DNA of 64,000 nt from Octopus sinensis (taxonomy: Eukaryota). The stretch lies in NCBI RefSeq assembly GCF_006345805.1, contig NC_043017.1, positions 3,472,001 through 3,536,000 on the forward strand, written 5' to 3'. Of the stretch, positions 34,824 through 48,419 are shown in pieces. Under the pieces are notes generated by a model. It saw nothing but the letters and a program-made list of their open reading frames with translations, did not search any database and was not told where the DNA came from. The translations under genes were made by a program, and so were the position numbers. Positions within the stretch are counted from its first letter, which is position 1, and the number at the start of each line of letters is the position of its first letter.

Positions 34824-34895
34824 GGTTTTAGGGTTTTAGGGTTTTAGGGTTAGGATTTTAGTGTTTTACAGTTAGGGTTGCAGTTTTAGGGTTAG
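34824..34895 (+). repeat. Degenerate telomere-like (T)nAGGG tract
   Basis: TTTTAGGG x3, TTAGG, TTAGGG, TTTTAGGG, TTAG. Confidence 0.7.
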
Positions 34896-35629
34896 TGTTG
34901 AGGAAAAAAGTCAAAATTGAAGAAGTTGTGTGGGAGAGGGAAAGAGGGGGGAAAATTTCACAATGCTGATTTTTGGCAAATTTCCTGAACCTCTGTATCC
35001 AAAAATGGGGATTTTGGGCTAAAAAAAAATTACAGAAATAAACAAATTTTGGAGAAAATGGAGTGGGGAATGGGCGGCAGTCTTTCCGAATGTGCTGCAG
35101 TTCCTCTCTTGATAGAGCCTGGTAATCCTGACTGTTGACCTTTGTGGATTCCTCCGTTCAGTGTCAATCTAAGAAGTACCATTGGCTCAGGTGAGCTCTT
35201 CCGCTATCTCTTTAAAATCTGCCATGCTGTAGTCTCATAATTTCATAATTCCTCCATATCCCTGGCAGTGGGGCAGAACGACTGCTGTACCTTACCAAAG
35301 GGAAACCCATAACTATGCATGGAATGGTCGTCACGCTGTGAGGTTTTACCGAAATACCTGCATACCTGTTGTTTCAGTTAATTTCAAAAATTACTGGAAG
35401 GAATTTAGTAAAATAACTTAGTCATTATTAAGCTGGTGTTCAGAACAGAGTCTGTTGAGGAAGATTTGACTACACCTCCATTAAACTAAAAACAGTTTAA
35501 GCTATCTTTTCGTGGACGAAGGTTTATGTTCCTATAACCTGTGTCAATTCTGTGACCCTTTAAAATGGAAGATAAGAGAGTAAATGTTCGGTACTTGATG
35601 CTTTGGGAACGAGACAAAAATTGCTGCAG

Positions 35630-35950
35630 CTCGGCTAGGATGTGTTACCCCACCCTCCATATTCACCAGATATTGCTCCTTCGGATTTCCACTTATTCAG
35701 GTCTCTGCAGAATAGTCTTAATGGTAAAAATTTCGATTCCTGGGATGAGGTAAAAAGATACCTTGATGAATCCTTTGCTATGAAACCACCTCAATTCTGG
35801 GAAGAAGGTGTTTTCGAGTTAATGGAAAGATGGAGACGAATTGTGCAACAAAATGGTTCATATTTGGTTGATTAAAAATGTAATGGCAAGTATTTATTGA
35901 CCTTTTTCTTTCCTTTAAAAATCAGCAAGAACTTTCCAGACAACCCAATA
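35630..35950 (+). mobile_element. Mariner transposase 3' remnant with right TIR
   Basis: LPHPPYSPDIAPSDFHLFRSLQNSL..W..G...L.ERW..IV..NGSY motif; TIR AACTTTCCAGACAACCCAATA ends at 35950. Confidence 0.9.
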
Positions 35951-35978
35951 TTTATGGTGTCTTTTTTATTTCTTGCAG

Positions 35979-36093
35979 AGCGCAAGGGGAAATATTATAA
36001 TTCAACATCTTCCGACTCGGAGCCACAAGCTCCACCTCGTGTGGCCAAGCTCAATGAGCAGCCAATCAAATCATCTGATATTAGATCTAACAG
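35979..36093 (+). CDS. GNL1: GNL1 exon 2 (E-RKGKYYNSTSSDSEPQAPPRVAKLNEQPIKSSDIRSN-R)
   Basis: Acceptor ttttatttcttgcag, donor AG|GTAAGT. KLNEQP...NR aligns to human RLNQQP...NRYRL; phases 1 and 2. Confidence 0.9.
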
Positions 36094-36440
36094 GTAAGTA
36101 CATGTAACTCTTTGTCTTCCTGCTAATGACACATCTGTGCTGGCGACATATTAAAGGCACCTGGTACAATCTGTGGAGTGGTTGGCACTAGGAATGGCAT
36201 CCAGCTGGAAAAGCCAAGATCAGGCAAATGACAACCGAATCTGTGATGTCGAGCAGAACATTGGCTATAATGATATTCTTGCTTCGGCAACTTAGCGCCA
36301 AATCTGTGAAATGTAATGGCAAATAGGTCAGTTTCAAGCCATTGATGTCCCGGTCACAAAAGCAAAGTTTGAAAGGAATAGTAGTCGTTTCCTTGGATTT
36401 CTAGATAATAGCAAATAGGAAATGGAAATTACTGACCAAA

Positions 36441-36560
36441 AACAGGTTCTGGGTTCAATCCCACTGCGTGGCACCTTGGCCAAGTGTCTTCTATAGCCTC
36501 AGGCCAACCAAAGCCTTGTGAGTGGATTTGGTAGATGGAAACTGAAAGAAGCCCATTGTA

Positions 36561-36591
<31 letters not shown>

Positions 36592-36795
36592 GTTTGTGTG
36601 TGTGTCCCCCCAACATCGCTTGACAACCGATGCTGGTGTGTTTACGTCCCTGTAACTTAGCGGTACGGCAAAAGAGACCAATAGAATAAGTACTAGGCTT
36701 ACAAAGAATAAGTCCTGGGGTTGATTCACTCGACTAAAGGCGGTGCTCCAGCATGGCCACAGTCAAGTGACTGAAACAAGTAAAAGAGTAAAAGA
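36441..36795 (+). mobile_element. SINE family A, 5'-truncated
   Basis: Family A body and tail. Confidence 0.82.
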
Positions 36796-37382
36796 GAATG
36801 TAATAGTTTTTATGCAGGGTTTCATTTCATAGGACATGGAAGTGTGTGTTTACTCTGAATGATGTTTACAAGACTCAAAAATTAATTTATGTTTATTTTA
36901 TTGCCCCAAGATGGATAAAAGGCCAAGTTGATTTCAGCAGCACATCTACTGCTTTTTGTATAATTCACTTTCGATGTCTGACACTGACGAATAACGAGAA
37001 GGTCCGTATGGAAACCAACAGCTTCATAAAATATCTCACAGGACATGGCGCCGCATCATTTTGTGCCACAAAAACGATGGTGTTCAAACAGACCTTCTTG
37101 ATGTGTGGCAGTGTTAGTGTCAATAAAAATGAATATACTAAAACCAGTTACATGTGTTTGCATTATATTTCGCCCCCTATTCGTGTTACTTTTCGGTAGA
37201 AGGTGACTAGACTCCCGGACAACCCTATACTCCGTTCACTGCTTTATCTTTAGCTCTATGTTGTGTCCTGAGAATGGGGCTATCAGCATAAAGAATGTTT
37301 AAGCTCAACTTTTGAATGTATTATGTTATTACTCCAAGAACTATAATGAAAGTGGAAAGTAGAACCCCTGTTGGTATATTTA

Positions 37383-37785
37383 TGGCAGACATGTTAGCAC
37401 GCCGGGCGAAATGCTTAGCGGTATTTCGTCTGCCGTTACGTTCTGAGTTCAAATTCCGCCGAGGTCGACTTTGCCTTTCATCCTTTCAGGGTCGATAAAT
37501 TAAGTACCAGTTACGACTTAATGTAATCGACTTAATCCGTTTGTCTGTCCTTGTTTGTCCTCTGTGTTTAGCCCCTTGTGGGTAGTAAAAAAATAGATAT
37601 TTCGTCTGCCTTTATGTTCTGAGTTCAAATTCTGCCGAGGTCGACTTTGCCTTTCAATCTTTCGGGGTCGATTAAATAAGTACCAGTTACGCACTGGGGT
37701 CGATATAATCGACTTAATCCGTTTGTCTGTCCTTGTTTGTCCCCTCTGTGTTTAGCCCCTTGTGGGTAGTAAAGAAATAGGTATA
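37383..37785 (+). mobile_element. Two tandem SINE family B copies
   Basis: Family B core twice. Confidence 0.82.
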
Positions 37786-38542
37786 TTTATGGTCCTTAAA
37801 TTCCTGACTATATTGATTTTCGTTAGTTCCTACCTAACTAATTTTATGTAAGAACCTTTTTTTGAGTTCCTAACACAAAATTAGTATTAGTCGACACCAA
37901 AAGGATGAAAAGACGTGAATTCGCTTGTTGAAAAAAATTTCGTCGTGATGACTACAAATTATGAAATATAAGGAAGACAATCAATTTCTGAAAGTTACTT
38001 TGCAAAGAGTTACCTACCTTCTCCACAGTACTTATTATTTATATTCTAATATTTCACTTGAATTCCTTACCATTTATTAGACGTTGCCGTACGTTGGAAT
38101 TTGTCGCAATATACATAAGGCATTATATTTCAGCATTTACCTGGACAAATTTATTGCAAACACGCGCTGCCAAATGTTTCGATGAATTGTGAAAATATTC
38201 GAGAATTTGAAGAACTAAGTAAATGAATAAACTTTATTATTCAATATTTTGTGTTTAATTTCGGTGAACTGGCAGAATCGTTAGCGAGCTGGACAAAATG
38301 CCTTGCTGTATTTCGTCCGTCTTCATGTTCTGAGTTCAAATTCCACCGAGGTCGACTTTACCTTTCATTCTTTCTTGAGTTGATAAATAAGTACCAGTTG
38401 AATACTGGGTCAATCTAATCGACTGACCCTCTCACCTCAAACTCACTGGCTTTGTGCTGAAATTTGAAACCATTATTAGTTTTGTGTTTGGAACACAACA
38501 AAAGATTATTGCATAAAATTATGATTGAAGATTTAAATTTTA

Positions 38543-38877
38543 ACAAGCACTATGACCCGGCAACGCCAGGTCGCAGACACGCGAGTACTGTCCAAATCTC
38601 CTACCAATCACATACAGCTAGCTGGCATTCATTTGGCGTATCAAGTTTCGGGCATTTTGATTGGGTTTGGGATAGAAAATTCACAAAAATGTCACTTCTA
38701 TTGATATTTTAATGGCTTTGCGGGGTGAGTGGGGAAATGTAAAGATGTGCACGACCACCCTTGGATGGTTTTGAATGACCATAGAAAGTGCGTGCCCTCT
38801 AACTGAAAAATTGTGGATTTGTATAAAGGACACACACACACACACAGACAGACATTTTGCCGTTTATATATATAGAG
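38543..38877. mobile_element. HINE-like element, second copy (internal deletion near the palindrome end)
   Basis: Highly similar to 33361-33737. Confidence 0.65.
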
Positions 38878-41800
38878 GTATAAAAATTTCAAAACATGGA
38901 GTCTTTGTATCATAGAACTGGCTGAGGGCCCCAGGGGTATTGCTATCTGAAGGTTAAGTGATGAACCTCATTGTTTAATCTGGTCTTCTTATGGGAAGGC
39001 TGACATCCCCACCACTGCCACCTTTCGTTTTGCATGTCATAGGTTTGCCAAAGAAATGAAGCGTTTTCATGGATATGAGCAAACGATGTGGATGGATGAT
39101 TTGTGTTTGGTGGGAAAGCGATGGGTATTGTTGGAGGATTGGGTTGATTGAGATCTCAGGACACAGAATCTCCCAGATGACAGAGCAGAAGACTTAGAAA
39201 AGGGATTATATGACATGTGGTCAGTCCTGTCCTGTCCATCCTTTCTTTATATCTGTCCTGTGTTTTGCCACCCATTTCGGTTCGTCTGCAAACAATACCA
39301 GTAGCATATATATAGCCTGGCGTGCTAACGTTTCTGCCAGCTCGCCGCCTTCTTTCAGTTTCCATCTACCAAATCCACTCACAAGGCTTTCGCTTGGCCT
39401 GAGACTACAGTAGAAGACACTTGCCCAAGGTGCCACGCAGTGGGACTGAACCCAGAACCATGTGGTCAGAAAGCAAGTTTCGTACTATACATTAACATCC
39501 GTGTTTCCCCACATGACATGCAAACTTGACCAGATTTAATTTGTGAACTTTGTTGAGAAAGAAATAGATTAAGATTCATTCAATTCATTTATATTTTTTT
39601 ATGCCCTTGACGCAAAGGGATCAATTCATATTCCCACTTGTTCTGGAAAAATGACACCTCATTCATTGGTTTTTGTGTGAGAAAGATGTGTACTACTACC
39701 TCAGAGATCATCATCATCATCATCATCATTTAGCATCTGCTTTCCATGCTAGCATGGGTTGGACGGTTCAACTGGGGTCTGTGAAGCCAGAAGGCTGCAT
39801 CAGGCTCTGTCTGATCTGGCAGTCTTTCTACGGCTGGATGCCCTTGCTAACGCCAACCACTCCGTGAGTGTAGTGGGTGCTTTTTATGTGGCACCCGCAC
39901 AGGTGCCAGACAGAGCTGGCAGACGGCCACGAACGGATGGTGCTTTTTACGATATGTGTGCAAAGTATATACTTGGCCGGTTTATGAATGCCAAGCCAAA
40001 CGGCTGAACCACTTCCACATGTACTGTCTGAGAACCTGTTGAGAATCACCTGACAAGACAAGGTCACAGACGTGGAGGTCTGGTCCACCAAGGTGTTTGG
40101 TTTTGAAGCGAGCGATGGATTATGTCTGTCATCCGCGAACAGAGTAGACCATGCTAAGTTATTAACCCATCCTGCGCTTCATAGTTCGATAAAAATAGAA
40201 GAAAAGAAGACGAAATACTCAAGGACCAGGTGTTAATGTTAAACTGGGAGGGGTATAGCTATTTACTACTCAATAGGTTTTGTTGCACACAAGGCACAAA
40301 GTGCTGTATTGACTTCATATAAAAATCTATTTGTATTGATTGTCATGTCTACAACTTAATCAATAAAAACCAGCAAACTAGATTATATCACATCTCCATA
40401 CTTTCTTTTCTTCCACTTAAAATTGTTGTTTAGCCCCAGGTAGGTCAGTCCTGACCTGACTGAGTAGATTTACACTCTTTTTAGTGTAGATCTGCTCAAT
40501 TGAGTTGGGGTTGACCTGTCTGGTGTTAAACAAGGACTCTAGAATTTATTTCTACATCTGCTGTTCAATCTGTCGGTCTCTTTTTGCAGAGTTGTTAAGT
40601 AATAGGGCCATAAACAAACCAGCACTGGTTGTCAAGCAGCAGTGGGGGCCAAACACAAAGATACATATATACTTGCGTATATACATACATGCAAAATACA
40701 TACATGAATACGTACGTATGTATATACATACATATGTACTAAAACAAGACTTACAAATCTACACATATACATACATAAGTATGTGCATGCACACACTCAC
40801 ACACGCAAACAAAAGTACCCTGTTGTTGATGTTGAAACCCTAATGAAGGAACCTTAGATCTAGGGTAAAAGCCGGGTCTTTCTCTACTGGCAAGAAATCT
40901 TGAAATAAAACTGAACAATGGGAGAGAGAGAGAGAGAGAGGAAGGGAGGGAGAGAGAGACACACACACACACACAGCCCTCCTATTTATTGAAGGGGGCA
41001 CAAACACTTTCATGCACATATATATACACACACAGTGGAACTTCTGCCTACCAAATTCAGTCACAAGGCATTGGTCAGCTCAATATTGTAGTACAAGACA
41101 CATGGTCAAGGTGTCGCACACTGGGACTGAACCCAAAGCCACGTGGTTGTAAAGGGAGACTCTTATTGTCCCCTTTAAGTTTCTCTCTTAAAAGAAAGGC
41201 TTTATCTTATTATTTATCTTTATACTTGTTTCACTCATTTGATTGTGGCCATGCTGGAGCGCTGTATTGAAAAGTTTTAAATTGAATCAGTTGACCCTAG
41301 TACTTCTTTTTTTTTTTTTTCTGCCTGGTACATATTCTGTCGGTCTCTTTTGCCAAACTGCTAAGTTATGGGGATGTAAACACTCCAATGCTGGTTGCCA
41401 AGTTGTGGTGGGGGACAAATGCAGACACACACACACACACATACATGATGGTCTTCTTTCAGTTTCTGCCTACCACTCTGCTGGGTGGTTGGTGTTAGGA
41501 AGGGCATCCAGCCGTGAAAACCCTGCCAAAACAGACACAGAAGACTGGTGCTGGTCCCTGCCTGGTCAGCTCCTGTCAAACTGTCCAACCCAAGCCAGCA
41601 TGCAAGGCACACGTTAAACGACGAAGATGTTGATACACACACGCACGCACATAAATATCTCACCATCATTATCATTTAATGTCCACTTTTCAGTGCTTGC
41701 TTGGGTCGGCCTGAATTTGTTGAGGGAGGCTTTTTTTATGGCATCAAACCCTACCTCTTTCCTAACAAGGCAACATTTTCCCATAGTTAGACATGTTTTT

Positions 41801-41941
41801 CATGAAAGACCAGAAAACAAACAGCCCCTCTTGTATGACAGTGATGCTCATTTACAACCATCAGGTGATGTCGAGACAACAGTTATACATGTACACAATG
41901 TCCAATGTATGTTAACCTATGATACAGATTACATAATTTAA

Positions 41942-42246
41942 CCCTTTAGCACTCAAACTAGCCATATCCGGCCTGAATATTTTACCTGTTCCATGTTCCA
42001 TGAATATTTTACCTGTTCCATGTTCCATGAATATTTTACCTGTTCCATGTCATGTTCCATGAATATTTTACCTGTTCCATGTACAAACTGGCCAGATCAG
42101 TCCTCTCACATCCACCCAACAATGTCATTTTAAAAATAAATAATCTCATCATTGAAATCTCAAAGCTACAAGATAATACACAATTAATTCAGAATGATGT
42201 GAAGGAATAAGCTTTACGTTTGACAGAGCAACCCAAATGCTAAAGG
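41942..42246 (+). mobile_element. piggyBac-type MITE (second family) with internal 27-bp unit x4
   Basis: TTAA-CCCTTTAGCA left end, TGCTAAAGG right end; TGAATATTTTACCTGTTCCATGTTCCA repeats at 41974-42082. Related copy at 58643-58865. Confidence 0.75.
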
Positions 42247-42379
42247 ACTCAGCCCCAATTTCTTCTGGTCAACTATGTATAAAAACTTATCAACACTTAA
42301 CCACAAAACTGACTGCACGAAACTGTGGCATGGCTCTATCGACCTCTATTTATATATAGCTGTTGTTCATGTGCAACAT

Positions 42380-42416
<37 letters not shown>

Positions 42417-43327
42417 TGTATATATAAATTTTAATTGTTGTCAGCGTGTAACAGATGTCACCATTGAATTTCATGCATGAGTCTTATTTATTGATGGAAA
42501 CGAAGAAACACGTATATATTGGGAAACATTACTTTCCAAATGACAATTATAATGTAAATTTTGTTGCCTGGACCTACTGCAAACAGAACAGTTGTTGTGA
42601 GATGTCAATATTTTATTTAATTTAAGCACACACCATCTGTAACATATGGCTGGCTCTAATAGACTGTCTCTGACCTACAAGTTCTCTATTCTCTTCTGGT
42701 TCTAGTTATTCTACCATTGAAATTTTTTTTCCAGGTGGTGTTGTTACAGTTGATTTTGTTGTTGTTTAATCTCTGATCAGTCTAAATAAATTCCAGGATT
42801 GACCACTTCTTTACATTACATTCATCATCATCATCATCATCGTTTAACGTCCGCTTTCCATGCTAGCATGGGTTGGACGATTTTGACTGAGGGCTGGTGA
42901 ACCAGACGGCTGCACCAGGCTCCAATCTTGATCTGGCAGAGTTTCTACAGCTGGATGGCCTTCCTAACGCCAACCACTCCGAGAGTGTAAAATATTTGGG
43001 CTCGTCGGGTATATATAGGTATAATACACCGAAAACTTACCTTGTGCATTCTTCTTTATTGGAGATGGTTGGCTGCTATTTCTACCAAGTCAAGATCTCA
43101 TAGAGGTTCTTCAATGGCTTGTGTTATTTGTAGTGATTGTTGTTGTTGTTTTTATTGTTGTGTAGTCCTGGAGAGGTCTGATTGTATAAATCTAGTAGTT
43201 CATCATTGTTGACAGAGTCCTTGTTTAACCCCAGGTTAGACCCGATGTAGTTGGCCTATGATTTTTAATCATAGGCATTTCAACTGTGATCATCATTCTT
43301 TTTATTCAAACACTAGCACTATGACCT

Positions 43328-43630
43328 GGCAACATAGCCTAGTGGTTAGAGCAGCGGACTCGTGGTCGAGGAATTGTGGGTTCGAACCTCAGACCGGGCG
43401 ATGTATGTGTTTATGAGCAAAACACCTAAGCTCCACGCGGCTCTGGCAGAAGGTAATAGCAAAACTTCTGCTGACTCTTTCGCCACAACTTTCTCTCACT
43501 CTTTCCTCCTGCATCTTGCGGCTCACCTGCGACAGACCAGCGTCCCGTCCAGGTGGGGAACCTATACACCAAGGAAACCGGGAAACCGGCCCTTATGAGC
43601 CAGGCATGGCTGCAGAAGGAACAAACAACA
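43328..43630 (+). mobile_element. SINE family C, full length, followed by (ATT)n
   Basis: tRNA-like head TAGCCTAGTGG..GGTTCGAACC; matches 930-1541. Confidence 0.85.
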
Positions 43631-43665
<35 letters not shown>

Positions 43666-44116
43666 AAGTGATGAATTAGTAGAATCATCAGAGTGTCGGA
43701 GGAAATACCTTGTGGTATTTCTTCCAATTCTTTATGTTTTAAGCTCAAATCCCACCTAAATCAGCTTTGCTTTTCAATTCTCTAGGGTTAGTGAAATGAA
43801 GCACCAATCAATTACTGGAGGCGCTTTAATTGACTATGTCCCTCCTCTTCCAAACTTTTATTAAGGGGCAACGGCTTGACAGAGTCATCAGAGCATTGAA
43901 CAAAATGCCTTGTCATATTTAGTTGCGTCACTGTATGTTTTGAGTTCAAATCTTGCTGATGTCGACTTTGCCTTACATCCTTCTGGAGTTGATGATAAAA
44001 TAAAGGGCCATTCAAAGACCGGGGTTGATAGTTTATTAATAAAAAAAATTGGCTGTCGATAAGAAAGTACCAAACTAATTATTCCAGCATTTGTTAGTTG
44101 ATTAAGTATAACACTC

Positions 44117-44528
44117 TTTACTCTTTTACTGGTTTCAGTCATTTGACTGCAGCCATGCTGGAGCACCACCTTTAGTTGAGCAACTCGACCCCGGGACTTA
44201 TTCTTTGTAAGCCCAGTACTTATTCTATCGGTCTCTTTTGCCGAACCGCTAAGTGATGGGGACGTAAACACACCAACATCGGTTGTCAAGCAATGCTAGG
44301 GGGACAAACACAGACACACAAACATATACACACACATACATATATATATATATATACATATATACGACAGGCTTCTTTCAGTTTCCGTCTACCAAATCCA
44401 CTCACAAGGCATTGGTCAGCCCGAGGCTATAGTAGAAGACACTTGCCCAAGATGCCACGCAGTGGGATTGAATCCAGAACCATGTAGTTGGTAAGCAAGC
44501 TACTTACCACACAGCCACTCCTGCGCCT
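44117..44528 (-). mobile_element. SINE family A, full length
   Basis: Reverse complement of family A. Confidence 0.88.
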
Positions 44529-44926
44529 ATTTTTACCTATTTTTACAAGTTATTTTTACCTTCTTTTTTTTCTGTGGAAAAAAAAAGAGAAAAAAACCAT
44601 CAAAAGCAGGAAAAAAAAAATCAAAGCATAAAATGCACCACCCACATGTCTGAGGAAAGCCAAGATTAATTTTCCTGTGTGTGTGTGTGTAGGGTGATGT
44701 GGGGGTGGATGTTACCTGATTCATTTATGTAATTAAAAGGTTTTACTGAAGTTAAATTCTGATATTGTTTGTTCATTTCAGTGAGCGAATCTTGGTGTGT
44801 CACCGAGGCATTAAGACGATCAGGTTACAGTGACATCAAATCAATTGATTTAATCATTTATTCGTGTCTTTGTCATAGACGTTTCGCTCCAGGTCAGTTC
44901 CTGATCCAGTAGACCAATCAATAAAC

Positions 44927-45735
44927 GAGTTCCACCTGTGACCACCGCTCCTGTTTTTAGATACAGTGTTCTAACAATCATCTACACCCCAGTGAACGAT
45001 GGTCAATCATTTTCTATCTGTGGACCCTTTTGATTACTATTTTATTCTGGTGGACCCCTTAAGCCAGAGTTCCACCTGTGACCATAGTTCCTGTTTTTAG
45101 ATACAGTGTTCTAACAATCATCTACACCCCAGTGAACGATGGTCAATCATTTTCTATCTGTGGACCCTTTTGATTACTATTTTATTCTGGTGGACCCCTT
45201 AAGCCAGAGTTCCACCTGTGACCATAGTTCCTGTTTTTAGATACAGTGTTTTAACAATTATCTACACCCCAGTGAACGATGGTCAATCATTTTCTATCTG
45301 TGGACCCTTTTGATTACTATTTTATTCTGGTGGACCCCTTAAGCCAGAGTTCCACCTGTGACCATAGTTCCTGTTTTTAGATATAGTGTTTTAACAATCA
45401 TCTACACCCCAGTGAACGATGGTCAATCATTTTCTATCTGTGGACCCTTTTGATTACTATTTTATTCTGGTGGACCCCTTAAGCCAGAGTTCCACCTGTG
45501 ACCATAGTTCCTGTTTTTAGATATAGTGTTTTAACAATCATCTACACCCCAGTGAACGATGGTCAATCATTTTCTATCTGTGGACCCCTTTCATTACTAT
45601 TTTATTCTGGTGGACCCCTAAAGCCAGAGTTCCACCTGTGACCATAGTTCCTGTTTTTGGATACAGTGTTCTAACAATTACCTACACCCCAGTGAACGAT
45701 GGTCAATCATTTTCTATCTGTGGACCCTTAAAGCC
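44927..45735 (+). repeat. 140-bp tandem array, about 5.8 near-identical units
   Basis: TCCACCTGTG recurs at 44931, 45071, 45211, 45351, 45491 and 45631. Confidence 0.95.
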
Positions 45736-45844
45736 ATTTGATGTTTAAAAACTAGTGTTATAGGCTGCTTCTTTCAAAATCCCTATTTTGCTTTCCACAC
45801 ATTCACTTGTGTAGGTTGAACCTTGTAAAATGTTTGAGAAATTT

Positions 45845-46235
45845 AGGCGCAAGAGTGGCTGTGTGGTAAGTAGCTTGCTAACCAACCACATGGTTCCGGG
45901 TTCAGTCCCACTGCGTGGCATCTTGGGCAAGTGTCTTCTGCTATAGCCCCGGGCCGACCAATGCCTTGTGAGTGGATTTGGTAGATGGAAACTGAAAGAA
46001 GCCTGTCGTATATATGTATATATATTTGTGTGTGTGTCTGTGTTTGTCCCCCTAGCATTGCTTGACAACCAATGCTGGTGTGTTTACGTCGCCGTCACTT
46101 AGCGGTTCGGCAAAAGAGACCGATAGAATAAGTACTGGGCTTACAAAGAATAAGTCCCGGGGTTGATTTGCTCGACTAAAGGCGGTGCTCCAGCATGGCC
46201 GCAGTCAAATGACTGAAACAAGTAAAAAGTAAAAG
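45845..46235 (+). mobile_element. SINE family A, full length
   Basis: Young copy, near-identical to 55672 and 60765. Confidence 0.88.
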
Positions 46236-47494
46236 TAAGTAAGTTTCTTGCAGTAGATACAGCTGAAGCAAAATTTTCTCACGGACCCTTTTTTCTGTGT
46301 CTGTTTGAGATTCAGCTTTTTAAAAGTAATTTTGATTTGTTTTCCCAGCCATGGTTAAACTTGATGTTATGTTTTTGTTCAAATTACGTCTTTATCGTTA
46401 ATGAAATACCACACGCTTCTCCCTTAAATAAAGCTTAGCAATGCATCTACTCTGCAGATAAACGAAAAAAAAAAAATGCTAAAATAAGCATGACAATGAA
46501 TTTACGAATAATGTATATTGGCTTACGATGTAATTACCTTGCCACAAAATTACCAGGTGATGAAATTACAGGTGATGTATTTATTACAGTGTAATTACTC
46601 ACAACGGATTTACAGCGATGAGTTTAGCAGACACTACAAAAAGATCCTGGGCGCTGTCCTTCTTCTGACTAAGCCATGTAATAATTCAGAAAATGACTAT
46701 TCACTACAAACCTAAATCTACCAAATCTGTGTAACGAAACAAACAGAAGGGAAGTTGTTAATTGTTGGAGACAGTGAAGTGGCAGTTGTTGTTAGGGCAC
46801 AGGACGAGATGCTCTGGGGTGTTTATTCTGAGTTCAGATCTCATAGAGGTCACTGTCGCCTTTCATCCTCCTGGACTGGACAAATAAAATGTCGTTCTAG
46901 AGTGGTGGTGGTGGTGGTGGGCTGGCTGAATTGGTAGAGCATTGTATCGGATGCTTTACAGCATTTGTTTCTGCTTTTTAGGTTTTGGGTTCAAATCCTG
47001 CTGTGGCCTACATGGGTGGTAGGGTTCTTTGTTTCTGACCATGACAAAATCACAGACTACAGCAGATACACGTGATTGCAAAACCATAAATTTCACAACT
47101 TGCAAAGTAAACACAGTTGTGTCGCTTGGTACACTCAACCTCATGAAGGCAAAGTCAAGCTCAGCAGAATTTGAACTTACACTGTAAATACGAACGAAAT
47201 GCTGCCAAGCATTTTGCCCAGCATGCTAACAATTCTGCCAGCTTGCAGTCTTGTAATATTTTATTGAATGTAAAAGTATTTTTATGTAAAAAATATGTGT
47301 TGCTCCCTCATGGGCAGTTATTGCAAGGGAGGTAATCATTTCTTCATAATATTTGGTAGGATTAGAAATTTGAACTTGAAATTCAAGAGTAAGGAAAGAG
47401 CTGCTTAGAATCATAGAATCCACTTTTTTTAATTTTATTTAATTTATTGCTTTTTGTTGTTTACTCGTTATGAAGTTCTTAAAACTTCTAATCA

Positions 47495-47712
47495 TGGCAG
47501 AACCGTTAGCATGCCGGACGAAATGCTTAGCGGTATTTCGTCTGCCGTTACGTTCTGAGTTCAAATTCTGCCGAGGTCGACTTTGCCTTTCATCCTTTCG
47601 GGGCCGATAAATTAAGTACCAGTTACGCACTGGGGGGGGGTCTATGTAATCAACTTAATCCGTGTGTCTGTCCTCTCTGTGTTTAGCCCCTTGTGGGTAG
47701 TAAAGAAATAGG
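47495..47712 (+). mobile_element. SINE family B
   Basis: Family B consensus. Confidence 0.8.
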
Positions 47713-48224
47713 TAATCATGTAGAGCACTATTTCATTCTCTTTAGAAATCATAAGGATGACATAACCTGAAATATATTAAACATATTTTATCAATCAAGA
47801 CATTGCATATAGATGGATGAAGTTCATGGAATCTGTATTTTTCTTCTTCTTTTTTTACCTTCATAGAATGAGAATAATATTTATAAAAGAGTTGAAAATT
47901 AAACTGAAGCAGTAAAACAAATCATTCGTATCTTTTGCTTTAATTTTAATAAATAATATTTATTGAACAAATTAAGTTTATGAATATAGATTTAAAAGAA
48001 CCATTCCATTAGATAATTTAATCCTGCATACCATACCTGTAAAAAGATGAGATGGTTAGCTGCACTTTCCTTTGATTATAAATCTATCTACATAAGTTTT
48101 ATAACGAAGACAATTGATTGGTTTATCTCTGTCAATTAACACACTCTTTATTTTGTCAAAATAAATCCTTTTCTTTCCAATGTTACCATAGTTTTTGAAA
48201 TTCTCGATTGCTCTCTGTCTCCAG

Positions 48225-48312
48225 GTACCGGTTGCAGTTTTTTCAAGAGTCTAAAGAAGAGATTGAGAAAAACAAAAAACTAGCCAGGCAGCCATACACT
48301 CCAGTGTCAGAG
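48225..48312 (+). CDS. GNL1: GNL1 exon 3 (R-YRLQFFQESKEEIEKNKKLARQPYTPVSE)
   Basis: Aligns to human YRLHFERDSREEVERRKRAAREQVLQPVS. Acceptor ctgtctccag, donor GAG|GTGAGA. Confidence 0.94.
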
Positions 48313-48419
48313 GTGAGAGTTCTTCAATGTTTTTTGTGGTTCCTTTTCTCCTAAAAGAAGGTAAATCGTGGATTTGATAATAAAAAAAAATCTGTTACAG
48401 TTCATTCCCCACCAACGCC

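Noticed and set aside
36983-37025. CTGACGA...GAAA hammerhead-like spacing
   Set aside because: No clean stem II closure and no stem I or III complementarity.
43328-43400. tRNA-like sequence at SINE heads
   Set aside because: Only A/B boxes are retained; no full cloverleaf; continuous with the SINE body.
44927-45735. CRISPR-like regular repeats
   Set aside because: Units are wholly repeated with no unique spacers; eukaryotic context; no cas genes.
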